64,000 nt of DNA, from the NCBI GenBank assembly GCA_037379345.1, contig CM074517.1, positions 18,352,001 to 18,416,000 on the forward strand, read 5' to 3'. The translations under genes were made by a program, and so were the position numbers. A model generated the notes under the pieces. That model had not been told where the DNA came from, searched no databases, and was given only the letters and a program-made list of their open reading frames with translations. Positions 1 through 14,070 of this stretch are shown one piece after another. Source of the stretch: Perna viridis (taxonomy: Eukaryota). Every line of letters begins with the position of its first letter. Within the stretch, counting starts at the first letter, position 1.

Positions 1-470
1 GCATGGTGGTCTATATAATTTCATATCAGTCCATTTAATTTTAAATGGACCACCAGTTATATCTAAGAAAGTAAACAATCTTAGAAGTATAATATTTACT
101 TGTAGATAGAAACAAAAATATATAAATACTGACTTTGAGCAAACATAAATTTGTTTCCTTTTCTCAAATAAGTCTGATACCAAAAAAAAAAATAAAAACA
201 AATGCTCTGATACTAGGAAAGGACCTATATTTTAGCACAATTACAATGATTAAAACATATGAAGAGTAGAAAATTTAGAAAATGTGACAGTGACACTAAA
301 ACAAATATTTGAATATTCAACGTACCCTCAAAGTGGTTATTTTTGTAAGATCAAAATATTCTAATTTCTTCAAAATACAGAACATTTATATTAAAAATTA
401 AATTTTAGAAATTTCATCATTTTTTACTTGCAATAATCATGTCAATGAGACTTACCACAAAAAGGATAAA

Positions 471-1459
471 TAGGGCAAGCCAAAGTGGACAAAACTGAGT
501 GTCTTCTTATATTAAAAAAAAATTTTTAATATTAGAAAATCATTTTTTTATACTACAAATTTGATTTCTAATATCACAAAACCCCTTTTTTAATATTAAA
601 AAATTAATATTATTTTAATTATTTTAATATTATAATTATATTAATATTAGAAAATGGACTTCTTGTTTTCAATTACGATTTTTCAATGCTAGAAAATCAT
701 TTTGTGATATTTAAAAATGTGACTGATTTTGCAATATTGTAAATTGATTTTTTAATATTAGAAATTCATTTTCTAATATAACAAATTAATTTTCTAAAAT
801 TACAAATTCAATTTGTAATATTACCAAATGTGTGCTATTTTATAAATCAAAAATTTGTAATATTAGAAAATGAATTTTTAATATTGCAAATGAATTTATA
901 ATATTAAAAAATATTTTTTGATATTAAACAAAATAAGTGTTTTCTACTATAAAAAAATGACTTTTTAATATTTAACAAATTCATTTTACAAATTTGGTTT
1001 CTAACATCACAAAACCCTTTTTTAATATTAAAAAATCAATTTTTAATATTAAAAATTTAATTGAATTCTAATTTTAAAAAAATATTTTTTGATATTAGAA
1101 ATTGATTTTCTAATATTAGAAAATGAATTTGTTGTATTCAGTTTCGATTTTTTTAATATTAGAAAATCATTTTGTGATATTAGAAAATGTGACTGATTTT
1201 GCAATATTGCTAAATGATTTTTTTAATATTAGAAATTTTCTAAAATTACAAATTCATTTTCTAATATTACAAATTCAATTTGTAATATTACAAATTCAAT
1301 TTGTAATAATGCGTCATATATATCAGATTACTTAATCAAGAATTTGTAATATTAGAAAATGAATTTTTAATTTCTAATATTAAAAAATATTTTATAATAT
1401 TAAACATGTATTTTCTAATATTATAAAATATTGATTTTTGTCCACTTTGGCTTGCCATA
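471..1459. mobile_element. Non-autonomous DNA transposon (MITE-like) with ~24-bp TIRs and 6-bp TSD; IS3EU-like termini
   Basis: Left end TAGGGCAAGCCAAAGTGGACAAAA (471-494) is the reverse complement, with 1 mismatch, of right end TTTTGTCCACTTTGGCTTGCCATA (1436-1459). GATAAA flanks both sides (465-470, 1460-1465). The interior is built of short AATATTAGAAA-type repeats with an internal duplication. Confidence 0.8.
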
Positions 1460-1803
1460 GATAAATCAAAGTTTGGATAGCCACTTTCATGAGATACAAA
1501 ATGAGAAAGACACATTAATAATTGTTCACACTGACTTTGTTAAAAGGCTTCCATTAACGAAACCTGAATGCCAACATTCTCTTTCACAATTGAGAATGTT
1601 AGTCCTGGCATTGAATAATTTAGCACTGAATGTAGAGGTTTCTGCCTTGTTCATGCCAATCTGTACATTTTGTTAGCACTGTGAATTTGACACACACACT
1701 CTGAAGAACACAGTGAGAAGGTTCCAACCCTTGCTGTTTTGAATCACCAGCTGATACATTTTTCAATAAACCTAGACCTTCAACATCCCTAGGTCATGAA
1801 CTT

Positions 1804-4800
1804 TCAATCAACCACAGGTATGCCTTGTGTAAATTGTCTCCAGTTTGTTCCACCTTTACTTGCACTTTCCTCTGAAAGCTTAGTTTTTCTCCTAAATGCA
1901 CGGCCGCCATATGAGGGTTTAGTTGTTGGAGGTGGTAATGGCCCTACCCTACCTCCTGTGTACTTCAATGATTTTCTGTCTATTAAAACAGTCTTCACAT
2001 CTTCATGAACCTATGAAAAACAAATGAGAAACAGTCACTAAAAGATGTGGATGAAAATTTATTTCAGTACATGTGACATTGCATATTCTAACCTCGCATC
2101 AATTTCTTAACTCTCATTAAAGCAAATGTTATAAAAGCTTTATATTTAATTTTAAAAAAAAATGATTTTCAGTAATCTGTACTTGTTGACAGATATTTCT
2201 CTAACTCTCTAACATGGCAAGATATTTAAAAATAGTTAAGATATTGAGAGTAATTGTGACATCATCAGATCTTTATAGTTTTAAATGAAAATGATGAACT
2301 CACACTGCTAGATTTTTTGCATCACCAAAACTATATGTACATTAAAATACTTAAAATTGCAATAACTCAATTACCTATAAACATAACAATAGTTTCTTTT
2401 CATTTTGATATTGTCAGTATTAAAACAAAAAGTAACTTCATCATTCTATATTTATTTTTGAATGTTTTATAGAAAAACATAGTATGTTTCTGACCTCAGG
2501 GTATCAGACATATTTAGAACAACGTTTCATTTCTCCATAATGATGTTCACCTTAACAAGGATAACTGAAATAATGTAAAACCTTTCATAAGCAAGACAAC
2601 ACAGATGTATACCTTCTTCTTCTCAACTGCCAACTTTATATTGAATTCCTTTTCCTCCATACATGCTTTCAAGTCTGGGACACATCTTCCTGATTGGTAC
2701 ATTCTCTCCTCCACATTAGAGATGTCAGTATCATCTTGACTCCATTCTGACTTGGCAGAGCCAGTCATCAAACCTGGATCTTTGGTATGTTCATCTAATT
2801 CACCAATGCCAGAGCTGAAATACAATAAGTTCAGTCATATCAACAGAATTCTAGATAGTACTGGGTAAAAGAAAAAGGTGATATGAGCACTATATTCCCC
2901 ATTTCTAAACAATCGATATACCAGGGGTAGTAGGCTTTGTAAGTCTGCTTATTCCTTTCCGGAATTTCTGATGTAGAATGTATTGAAATACAAAGACTGA
3001 CCTTCATTTTATTGTTTAATTTGGGGATCGGGAAACACTGCACTACAATGCAAAGTCTTCTGATTTTTTATGTTTTTTTTTTTTATTTTAAACATTTTTA
3101 TCAATGTAGAACTAGATATTTGTCTTTTTTTATCAGTATTTTTACATAAAAAGATTTTTTGCTTTTAATATCAAACCCAATGCTGTTTTAATGACAAATG
3201 TCTATGCACTTGAATGTTAGATGAGGACCCATTCCCATGAAACCACATAGTCACCTAATGAGAATTGCATACCCTGCAGGAATTCTTTATTCACCTCTTA
3301 AATAACTATGTAATATTTGAGCGTTTTTGAAACCACCTGACAATAGTGTCCACTTTAGGTACCAGTGCTAATACTTACTTTACCATAGTTACTATCTCAG
3401 GTACCAGTTTAAAATGATACAGGATCGCCCTGAGAGTGAGCTTGGATTGGTACAGATAAATATCTGATAATAGTCTCTGTTTTTGGTACTAGTGTAGGTG
3501 GATACAGAATTCCCCTGAGAATGAGCGCGGACTGGTACAGATAAATACCTGATAATAGTTTCTGTTTTTGGTACTAGTGTAGGTGGATACAGGATTGCCC
3601 TGAGAGCAAGTTTGGATTGATCAGCTGCCCTGCTGTTGATCACATCTCCAACTGATTTCCCTGGGAACAATCTGGACAAGATTGATAGGACCTCATCATT
3701 GGTTGGGTCTAGTAACAGTCCCATGATTAAATCTTGTCTAGCACCTTGTACATTCTAAAGACAGAGAACACCATAATTAAAAAAAACCTATTTGGGAGAA
3801 ATTAAATGATATTGTAGTATAATAATGTAAACACTTCTACTTTTCTTTATGTAGAATATATGAACATAAACCTGAGAACATCAGAAAGAAAAGTCATTGT
3901 GTTAATAATACTAATGTACATGTATCTCCCTATATCTTTGTTTGGTTTGTCAACATTAATATTTCACAATCATGTAATAAACAGCAAGATACGGCAGTTT
4001 TTCAAGAATACATAAATTTCACACAAAAAAATAACCATTAAAATCTCTCAGAGTGAGTTTTCATATCTGTATGGACAGGCACTTTGTACACCATTACATT
4101 AAAAATTGTAAAGCAAAGAGAGACAATTTACCTCCATCATATATCTAGTTCTGGACCTGGCAACATAATAACTACCCATTTTAGGGTTATACTGTATGGC
4201 AAGTGTAAATTTAGATTCTGCTTCCTACAAAAAAAAATGAATGCATTATCAGAATCAAATCGAAATAAAACGAAAGTAAATTGCCCATGGATTTTCCTTC
4301 AATGCCCTTTTAAGTCAGGCCATATCCCTTGATTTTTTTTAATAACCTATACAAAGCCCATTAAAAGGGCTCAAATACTCTTTAATTTTTCCCTTTTCAT
4401 GAGTGTATTCATACACAAAATGGCCCTGAGATGTACCAAGATGTCCTACCTTGATGTATAGTATATTTGATATATTCTGATACTTATCTAGTGACTCTAA
4501 TACATATACTGAACTGTAAACATGTTGATGTGTAACTGGAGTCATATTAATTTTTTTAAAGTAATTAAACTTACAGGGTAATTTTTGTCTTGGTATGCCA
4601 CAGTTGCATATTCATTATAAATGACAGAGACTCTAGTTTTGACATTATTGTCATTAGCATCAAGATCCAGAGCTTGGTGATAGTCCTGAAGAGCAAAATT
4701 ATAATCACCTTGGCGGAAGAAACAATCTGTAAAAAAAAATAATAGACTTATCAATTATTTTTCTCGCACATTTAATTTTTTTCTTTTTCTGCACTCACAA

Positions 4801-7800
4801 GACTATAAAAGCACGAAAAATGGTCCAATATCTATTTAAAATATTGAAGTACTGAAGCAATTCTATTGTTGACTGTCGTTTGTTTTACTTAACATCAAGG
4901 TAGTTATTAGGATACAGATATATAAGATAAGGAAGACTGTTTTATTCTACTAATACAATAGATCATTTAAATTGTTCCAAAAGTAAATGAAACATTTATA
5001 AATTACCAGTACTTCATTTTTCAACAATCGCGAGCCTCAACAGAAACCTGATGGCCAAAGTCACCATTGTAATAAATGAGTGATAGCAAATACATGTAAC
5101 ATATACTCATGGTATGAATAGCCAACTAAAATAACAGAAAATAAAATCGCATACCATTTAAAACAGTAATTATTGTAGAATCAATCACAGTTGGCCCCCG
5201 ATAAGTTTTACTGAAATAGTCTAGCTACCTTTTAAAAAAAAAGGAAAACATTGCTAATTACCTCCCCTGTTTATGTACAATCCTTTTTCTCGTTTCTCTC
5301 CCTTGATTGCTTTATTAAGCAGAATTATAGCTTCATCATAATATCCTTTGGTAAAGCACTCTACAGCAAAATCATTGTAAGTCAATAATAATTGTCTCTG
5401 TGATTCAATATAAACAGGACTTTCTTCATTATGATCACATTTATCTAGAGCTAAGAGAAAGTCATCAATGGCCGAGTTAAAATCTGTTAATCTCCTGTGT
5501 AATGTACCCCTAAAAAAAGAAGAAATGTGATGAAGGATCAAGAGAAAATTTTCAAATACATATACAACATCAGAATCTAAAGAAGCTTCATTAAACTTGA
5601 CTATGGTGACCATGTTTAAAGTAAGAATACTGACATTTGTTGTTTTTATTTTTTTTTTTTGCACTCAAACTACCATTGCTTGGCAGTATTTTTCAATTTT
5701 ATATATTTATTCATTTTTTTTGTCTGTTGTTTCATATTTTTACTTTTCAGCATCACTGAACACCATTAAACTTGTGTAACTTAAACATCAGCAAATTTTG
5801 AAACATTCCATTATAACATTTGAAGCCAAAACCAATGCCAGTGCATTTGTATATATATGGTGTGTTAACTGTATTCAACTACAGACAAGGTAAAAATATG
5901 ATTCTACCATAGATGAGACTTAAAACTGACAGAAAAAAAAGCAGAGTATATTTTCACTGGCCAAATTCATGTATGAAAGTTTTCCACAAGTAAACTCAAT
6001 GTTATTATTTTTACATGTACTATGAATTTTGGTCCATTTACCACAAAAAAAAAGAAATAGATGAATTCAGGTTAAGGGGGCGGGCTAAATACAAAAAAAT
6101 GGTCGAGCATTGTGATGCAAAAAAATGATATGGACGCAGAATTTGTAAAAAAATCCAGATTTCATACATAAAAATTTATTTCCCATTTTGAAGGGGGCTA
6201 AGCCTGGCACATCTTTCCTTGTATCTGTGTCTGGAAGAAGGAAGATCTATTGATTTTGTCTTTAAGTAGGATAACAACCATTTAACACTTTTTAACAAAT
6301 TTACCAGTAACTTAATCAGAAAGTTATAAATAGTAAGTGCAATTTACTACAAAGAAAAAATGGTTGTACTTCAAAATAAGTGAAAACTCATTTTCAATTT
6401 AGTACCTGAGAACATGGAAGTCTGCTACAGCAGGATCAGTTTCTATGGCAACAGATATTTTCTGTAATGCCTCCCTGTGTTTACCCAGTAGGTTAAGCTG
6501 CATTGCATGGTGTTTGTTTTCCTGAGCTCGCTTCTCTAACTTTTGCATCATAGATTTGGCTTCAGGATGTTCTTCATTGAGTCTCATGGCATCTTTCACA
6601 TCATAGTAACATAAAGTGGTCTGAAATACAATTTGTTGAGAACATAAAAACTTCCAGTCTGCTGTTAGTTATAGTTGTATACATGTACATTTCTACTTAA
6701 TGCAATATTGTCAAACACATGTTATTTTTTTTTTCATCCATTTGCTTTCCCAATAATTATATGCAACAAGTAGAGCATAAATTTTGTCAACTTTATTTTT
6801 TATTTTTTCAAGTTAAAATTTCAGAAATTGAAGTCCTTTGTTTTAGTTAAGTGAGTTCCTAGTGTGAATTTAAACTTCTGGTATCATGTAAAATATATAT
6901 ATCATACATAAAATACAGTCCTTCATTTGTTCATGGGAGTTAGATAAGAAAAACTCAATATCAATTTACCGTACACACGGGAAATAATTCCCAAGTTATA
7001 GATCAATTGAATCAAATAAATAATTTCATTTTTTCCCTAAGGGAAAGTTTATGATAATGTATGATTTTAGACACATGTATTCACTTGAAGAACAATCAAA
7101 TCATATTTCAAAAGCCAGTTTCCCTGGGAAATTTTACCATTACTAACAAAAATGACTGTATATATAAATAATGACATTGTAAATGTGTACCTACATTTCT
7201 GAACATTTCATGAAGCCTTGCTCTCATCACATACAGATCAGGATTATCATTCTCTGATTCTAAACGTTTGTTGACAAGGGCCAAACATTCACCGTGTCTA
7301 TGTAAGGCAGCTAAACAGGTCATACTGAAATAAAGACAGGTGATAGAGATGTTACAGCAAGAATACTAAATGATCCTTAAGTTTGATTACAATTAACCTG
7401 AAGTGTAATCTTTTGTAAGGATCAGGCAAAATGGAAAAAAATCAGAACCTTCAATGTCAAAAACCCACTGATCTGACAATACAATTATACTCAAGGATGC
7501 TTTATCTTTTTTAAAAGACCATTATTTGATTTCTGCATCACTGGATTTGCTAAGAAATTTTTCAATAGAATGTCAGAAAAATGAGGTTTTCATCAGTTAT
7601 CTGCCCATGAAATGCTCATTTTCAGTGCATTTCAATGAAATTATACTCAATTTACCAAAATGATATGACAAATCTTGTCTTTTTTTCCTTGATTCTGATG
7701 GTGCAAATAGTCAAACTTTCTAAATGGTGGTTTTTTCATACCATATTTAACCCATTGCCTGATTCTTACAAAGACTGACATTAAAAAGAACTCAGAATTA

Positions 7801-10800
7801 TGACACCAGATTTTTATGACGTAATTACATGGCATTTCGTGTGATAAAGAATTGTGTGATACATAATATGAAGCTGAATTATTAAAATGGAAAAAAAAGT
7901 GATTTATCTCCCTTTGCATATGCATAATATGTAAGTGCTTATCTCATACAATTGGTGAAGCAAGATCTGTTTGAATCATTCAAGGCATTACTGGCATTTT
8001 ACAACTTAATTTATGATTCAAATAATTTATCTTCACAAAATTATGCAAAGTGAAAGCTAATTTCCAAAATTGATGAAAAATTTATGTTAGCTCTACCTTC
8101 TAATATGATAGCCCACATTATCAGGTGCCATTTCTGCTGCTCTGGCAAAGGATTCTAAAGCTTCAGGATATAACCTTTGATCAAACAATGTCTGACCTTG
8201 GAAGTAGAATAAAAATGCAAGTCTCTTATAATAATCATCATTGTCAGGCTCCATCAGACAGACACGTTTATAGTTCAAAATAGCAGACTGAAAATCACAT
8301 AACTGGATATAGGCTTCAGCCCTCTCAACATAGTAGAAATGTTGCTCTTTTAAGGATAAAGCCTTGTTGATGAAATTTATAGTACCATTAAAATCCTTCT
8401 TCTCTTTTAGTTCCATAGCTTTAGCAAAGCTGTAAACAAAAAAACAAAAAAATAAGTCTAATATTAAGACAATTCTTGAGTATTTAAAATTAAAAATTTA
8501 CGTGTTCAATGTGTGATGATTTTTTTTAGTGTAATCACAGATTAATTGTCATATGTCTTATCAAAATACAAGGGATCCCGCCAATCATATATGCCTTTGG
8601 ACCAAAACAATATGTTGAATAAGAAGTTTTAGGATTCCTACTTCCGTCATCCTCTGCACGTGAATGTTTGGTCTTGGGAATGGTAGTTACTTCGTCACAC
8701 TTTACAACGTGGAAGCTGAAAACTTCAACTGCTGTATTGATTTCTCTGGTTAAGAAAACAGTCATTCACTGAGTGATATTTAAATTTATGAGGAGCGTTC
8801 TGATGAAATCCCCATTTTTTTAAAGTCCTAGGCCACTAAAATTGCTGAACTTTCATCCTGAACTATTATCCTCTTCATTTACTTACTGTTCATCTGCTCT
8901 ACTGTTAATGATCTCCTGCATTCCTGGTGAGTATTGACTGACTGGTTCCCAGGATTCTGGTTGGAACAAGTTAGGTCTCCGGGCTTTAGCACTGTCTAAA
9001 GTTTCTTGGTCAACTGCTGTTGTGAACACATTACCAGTCTAAATATTAAAAGGTAAAAGCTTGATTTAAGTGGTCATTGAAATTTGATTTTTGTAGTCTT
9101 CAAATGATTTTGAAAGTAAGCATACTAAGAAACCATGCCTAGCAAAGAATAACAGGGTTGCAATTGGATTTTCTTCTAGATTGGTTTGTCTTTTCTCCTT
9201 ACATGTATAATTTCACTAAATTACAAATCTAACATAAATGACTTTAAATTGCTGACAAAACTCGCAGTATTAAGCACAATATGTCCATTTTTGTGGTTCT
9301 CTGATTAATTGAAAATATTGGTATTCAACAGTACCAGGTACAATCTCAACCAGTGTGACATAAATAAACACGAAATTTCAAAAATAGTGATCAAAACCCT
9401 GGGTGGAGACTTCGAATTGTTAGGTAAAGTAATTCTGTACAATAATAGTGAAGACAAACGGAGGAGAGAGGTGAAAATAAGCGATACAAACTGGAGTTGG
9501 ACATGATGATACATATATAGAACATTTAAAGATTGGCAAATAATTGGTCAACAAACAATAATTTGACTCTAAGCATCATAAATGGTTTAACAGTTAAAAA
9601 TTAAAATGAGTATATATAAATGTTTGTTGTTTATAATCAGTCCTGCTAATTTTCTAGTCCTCAAATCTAAACACAATCTGAATTTTTATTCTTTGTAAAA
9701 TGTTTCCAAAACTTGAACATGCAAAGTAATACAAAAATGTAATTAAAAACAGTTCTTAGACATGTACATTGATTTCTCTAATGAATTTGAAGATATGTTG
9801 ATTTAAATTTTTGGCAATGAAACAGTCATTATCTTTACAATTACAGGCAAAGGCATATTTCTTATTTGAATTCACAGTATTCCAATAATCATTAATATTC
9901 TGAATAGATCATGAAAACAGTTGGAAACACAGAATATGAGAATTATTTACAAGCAAGTGAAGAAATAAAACATTCAAACATAAGGAACTATTTTCCAAGA
10001 TTTCTTTCTTACCCCAAAGAAAACTCTTGCAAGAGATTTTTTTTCATTTTTGTCAATCTGAAATTCCAATCCATGATATTTTAATAGTTTCAAGGTTGAA
10101 TAAAATGTAAGAAGAAATAAGCAGTAAAATTAAGAAAATAATTCTATTCAATATTTATTTACAAATCAAGCTTATGATAACAAAACATTTACTATTTCCA
10201 GAGTTACCAGATGTATACATAGAAAAAACAACAGATATACTTGTACATGTATGGTGAAACACAACAAATGCACCAGCGTATAATTTAAATACAAAATAAT
10301 TAATACTTTCAGAGGTCACCAAAAGGTCTTTAACAAGAGTAAAATAACACCTTGAAGTCACCTCTGAAAAGCCACGACAATCAAAGTAATAAAATCCACG
10401 GTAACTGAACAATATACATGTATGTCTTTTTTACCTGTTTTTTGTTTTATTAGCATTATTTGAAATTTTTTAGTTGATATATTAATCAATATTATTACCT
10501 GTTTAGCAGAGTTATTATCATCATTACTCAATTTTTCGGCCTCTTCATTATCCTTTTGTTCAGTACCAGGAACCTTAACCAAAGCCATTGATGCTTCACT
10601 ATCCTCAGGACCAATAGTACTTGTTTCATCATAAGTAAATGTTGAAGATTCCTCCACTATTTCCTTCATTGCTCTTTCAACCCTCTTGTCTTGCTCTTCC
10701 ATAAATTTAGATTTAGATTTATTAAACTGATGTTCTAACTGAGGATAAAACTGGTCCACCTTAACCAACCTCGGATCAGGTTTGAATGTCGATATTTTGA

Positions 10801-11059
10801 CATCAAAAGGATTTTCACTTCCTTGTTGTTTAAGAAATTCACCTCCACCTAAATCACTTGTATTCTGTTTTGGAGGATCTGGTTTATCAACAGGTTTGAT
10901 TGGGTCTTTCTCTTTAGCCTTTTCATCATTCTGTTTTTGTGGTTCTTTCTCCACCTTACTTTCTTCTTGTGGTTCTTCATCTGGCTGGTCTTTAGTCAAA
11001 CTAGTATCCACCCCACCAGAAATAACATATTCTGTCTTCTTTTTCCTTTTATCTGCCAT
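1804..11059 (-). CDS. TTC16: Tetratricopeptide repeat protein 16 (832 aa, 11 coding exons)
   Basis: Exons 11059-10499, 9038-8887, 8429-8097, 7324-7195, 6620-6406, 5509-5262, 4726-4575, 4224-4132, 3754-3549, 2814-2613, 2010-1804. All introns are GT-AG and phase-consistent, total 2499 nt. Peptides RAEAYIQLCDFQSA, QRQLLLTYNDFAV, EKGLYINRGDCFF and GARQDL...LFPGKSV match vertebrate TTC16 as I recall it. An acceptor at 11101-11102 implies an upstream non-coding exon. Confidence 0.92.
3415..3619. repeat. 85-bp tandem duplication (about 2.4 copies) spanning the 3' end of TTC16 coding exon 9 and its splice donor
   Basis: Unit GTACAGATAAATA(C/T)CTGATAATAGT(T/C)TCTGTTTTTGGTACTAGTGTAGGTGGATACAG... starts at 3450 and 3535; partial copy at 3415-3449. 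Confidence 0.85.
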
Positions 11060-11216
11060 TTTGCAGTGAATATTTGATCATGTAATTATTTTCCTTCCAT
11101 CTGAAAAAAAGAAGATATTTTGAACAATTTAGAAATAAATACATGAATAAATAAGTATGAAAAAAAACACTTGAGCTGATGAATTGCTGAAATAATAAAC
11201 ATTAGAATTTTCACCT

Positions 11217-11835
11217 TAACTAGAAAAATGTGTGAGCTCACAAATTTGATATCTTCACTCCTCCATTAGATAACATGCACCTTGTAACCTCCATATTGAT
11301 TTGGATCAAAATCAAAAATAGGAGGTGCCTACCGGGAATACAAGATAGAGGAAGGTTTTATTCAATTCCATTTAGTGATGTAGCAGGAGAAACAGAAAAG
11401 AGATGGGTTTTCAATATTCACAAACGACTAAGTCTATGTTTTGATTTGTGAAACATCCAAATTGATTAGGATCAAAATCTGAACTAGTAGTTGCATTGGA
11501 AACAGGTAATAATGATTCTGTGAAAGTTTTATTCAATTTAATTCAGTAGGAGGAGTAATTGATAAGAGATGCCCCCCCCCCATATTCACAAATGACAAAG
11601 TCCATGGTTCTGAACAAAATCTAAAATAGAAGGTGCACAAAGGGGACATGTAATTATGATTCTCAGAAAGTTTCATTCAATTCCATTCAGTGGTATAGGA
11701 GGAGTAACAAATAAGAGATGGGTCCCCCTTGTGTTATTGAAGGAAGGAAGGAGGTACATGTATGTATGGAAGGACAGACATGGGGATGACCCCTATCACT
11801 ATATACTCCCACTTTGCAATTGGAGGATATGAAAA
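11217..11835 (+). mobile_element. Degenerate non-autonomous Helentron/HINE-like repeat
   Basis: About three diverged internal repeats (AAAATC..AATAG.AGGTGC...GTTTTATTCAATTCCATT.AGTG), then a GGAA/GACA-type microsatellite and a short terminal hairpin (CTCCCAC...TTGGAG) before an A-run. This is the layout of bivalve HINE elements; boundaries are approximate. Confidence 0.5.
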
Positions 11836-13749
11836 AAAGCAGTGACCAGAATTACTTGAAGATGTAATAATAAAAATTTTAATGGGTTCCTTGGACCAAA
11901 ATGAAGAGTTTAATTTTAGTAGTAAGGCTTAATTAAAATAGGAAAATACCAAGAAACAATAACTACATGTATCATGGTTAGAGTTACTTTTTCTTATTCT
12001 TATTTGGTACAGAAATTAATTTCATAAAAGAGTATTATTTTAGTTTGAAAACTTATGATCTGATTTTGTTAATTGTAACTACAGCTACAATTTCTTTGTT
12101 GATTATTAAATCTTTATTATCATATTGATAAATCACTCCTTGAGCACAATATACCTATAAGCATACAGTGAGAATATGCTCAATATTGTTTCAGAAAGAA
12201 TTCAAAATTTATATCCTATTCATAACTAAGTCTGCTCTACCTTACTCAGTATTTATAGATGTGAACTCAATTCTATCCCAACAGTGAAAAATAAGAACCA
12301 TTAACGATATAAATTTGATTACCATCCTATTCAGGATGTTTGTATGTTAAAAACAATTAACTAAATTTAACATTACCACTACAAAAAAAAGCGATCATTT
12401 TTCTTATATAAATGATTTAACATACACCAAAATTTTCTACATGGGAAACCGTATGAACTACATGATAATTTTAATTTTTATTGTTCTTCTGTTTTTATTT
12501 TTTTTATTTTTGTAAATAAGGGGTTGATCCTAGAGTTTAGTTATTTAAGTAACAATATTTTTTTTCATTATTGTTAATTTTACCAAGATTTCCAAAGTAA
12601 TCCTAGTCACCACCTTAAAGAAACTTTTGATTTTGTGAACTTTCAATTGAGATTTGACAAAAGTTGGAAAGATCAATAGGAAAAAAAACAACAGATCAAA
12701 GGAAAAGGCTGCCAAATCAGCTTTACAATGTGTTCTTCTCATGCAGAATGTGTAACAGTTGACACTATTTGCTAGAATTGACCATAACAATTAATTGGAA
12801 AATGTGTACGCATAATACAGTTATTCACACTTGATATACTTATTTATTACATGTTATGATAACAATGCAAATAAATATCTGGAAGTCTAACTTTCATAAA
12901 TTTAAATCCCATACAATAAATGTCAAGATTAATAATTATAATAGAAACTTCTTGCCAAAATTTAGACAAAAACAATAGAAAAATTAACAGTGGAAGAAGG
13001 GAAACTAGACTGAATTAAGAATCTTATGTACATTCAGGATGGAGAAGTATATATAGAAATTTTGAATGATATTCCAATGGAAAAAATTTACAAAGTTCAA
13101 AATAAGCAATCATAAATTAAAAGTTGAAACCAGCCGACATGAGAAACCATATAAAATTTATAAAAATTCTTTTCTTGAGTGTGCATGTTACAACCATAAA
13201 AGACATCATTTGTTTTCAATGACTATGGGAAAACAAAGATATTACACTTAATTTGTCAAATTTTCAATTCAAAACTACCCAAATATTATTGTTATACATG
13301 TCATACATTCTAAATGTACAATCATCAAGTTTTGTCTGTCACATTAAAATGCATTATACTGGCCAGAGGTCTCAGCGTTTTCAAAACAGAAGCAATTCTT
13401 GCCAATCTGATCATCAAAATTTTATTCCTCAATGATAATCGTGTATGTTAACTAGAAAGCAAAATATCAGCAACATGTTTTTCTTAAATTTTGGGCATAC
13501 AATGACAATGTAAACATGTCTGACAGGAGAGGACAAAAAAATTGGTTAGCGAGAATTACTTGCTGGCAAGAATTACATGTACTCCTTGCATGACCAGTAC
13601 TTGTTGTCATTTAATAATAGTAAAAATCATTTACATGTACACAAAATGTCAAAACAAAAAGCAATTGAAATGTAATGACAGCATAAAAACAAAATTCAAA
13701 ACTTTGGTCTGTCAGTTATTAGCGGTGAGAAATCGAGGTTAACATATCA

Positions 13750-14070
13750 ATATACCTATGTTTATAATGATTGACAGTTTAACGCAAAACTATTTTGCGT
13801 TAAAATTTGTTTTTCACAGTTTCTGCAGCATGGCTATCTAGCGCCATATTGTTGACAATCATCGCTATGGTTTTCATCTGAAGACCAAAGTGAGTATAAA
13901 AAACTACATGTGATTGGCTTTAATTTATCTTTTGACCAATCAAAACGTATGTTACAATTTGCTGACTCAAAATTATTGTAAACAGTATGGCGACCAAATT
14001 CAAGTGTTAAAAAACTTCAAACCTCCAAAAAAGTATATATTTACCAGGATGCCAGCCATTGATTGACGGT
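13750..14070. promoter_or_regulatory. Probable bidirectional promoter shared by TTC16 and the plus-strand gene
   Basis: Local CpG enrichment in otherwise CpG-poor DNA. Two oppositely oriented CCAAT boxes (ATTGG 13913-13917, CCAAT 13936-13940). RFX half-site ATGGCGAC near 13987. Candidate minus-strand donor for a TTC16 5'UTR exon at 13754-13755. The plus-strand ATG is at 14071. Confidence 0.55.

Noticed and set aside
1123-1335. 70-aa hydrophobic ORF
   Set aside because: Translation of the AT-rich repetitive interior of the TIR element.
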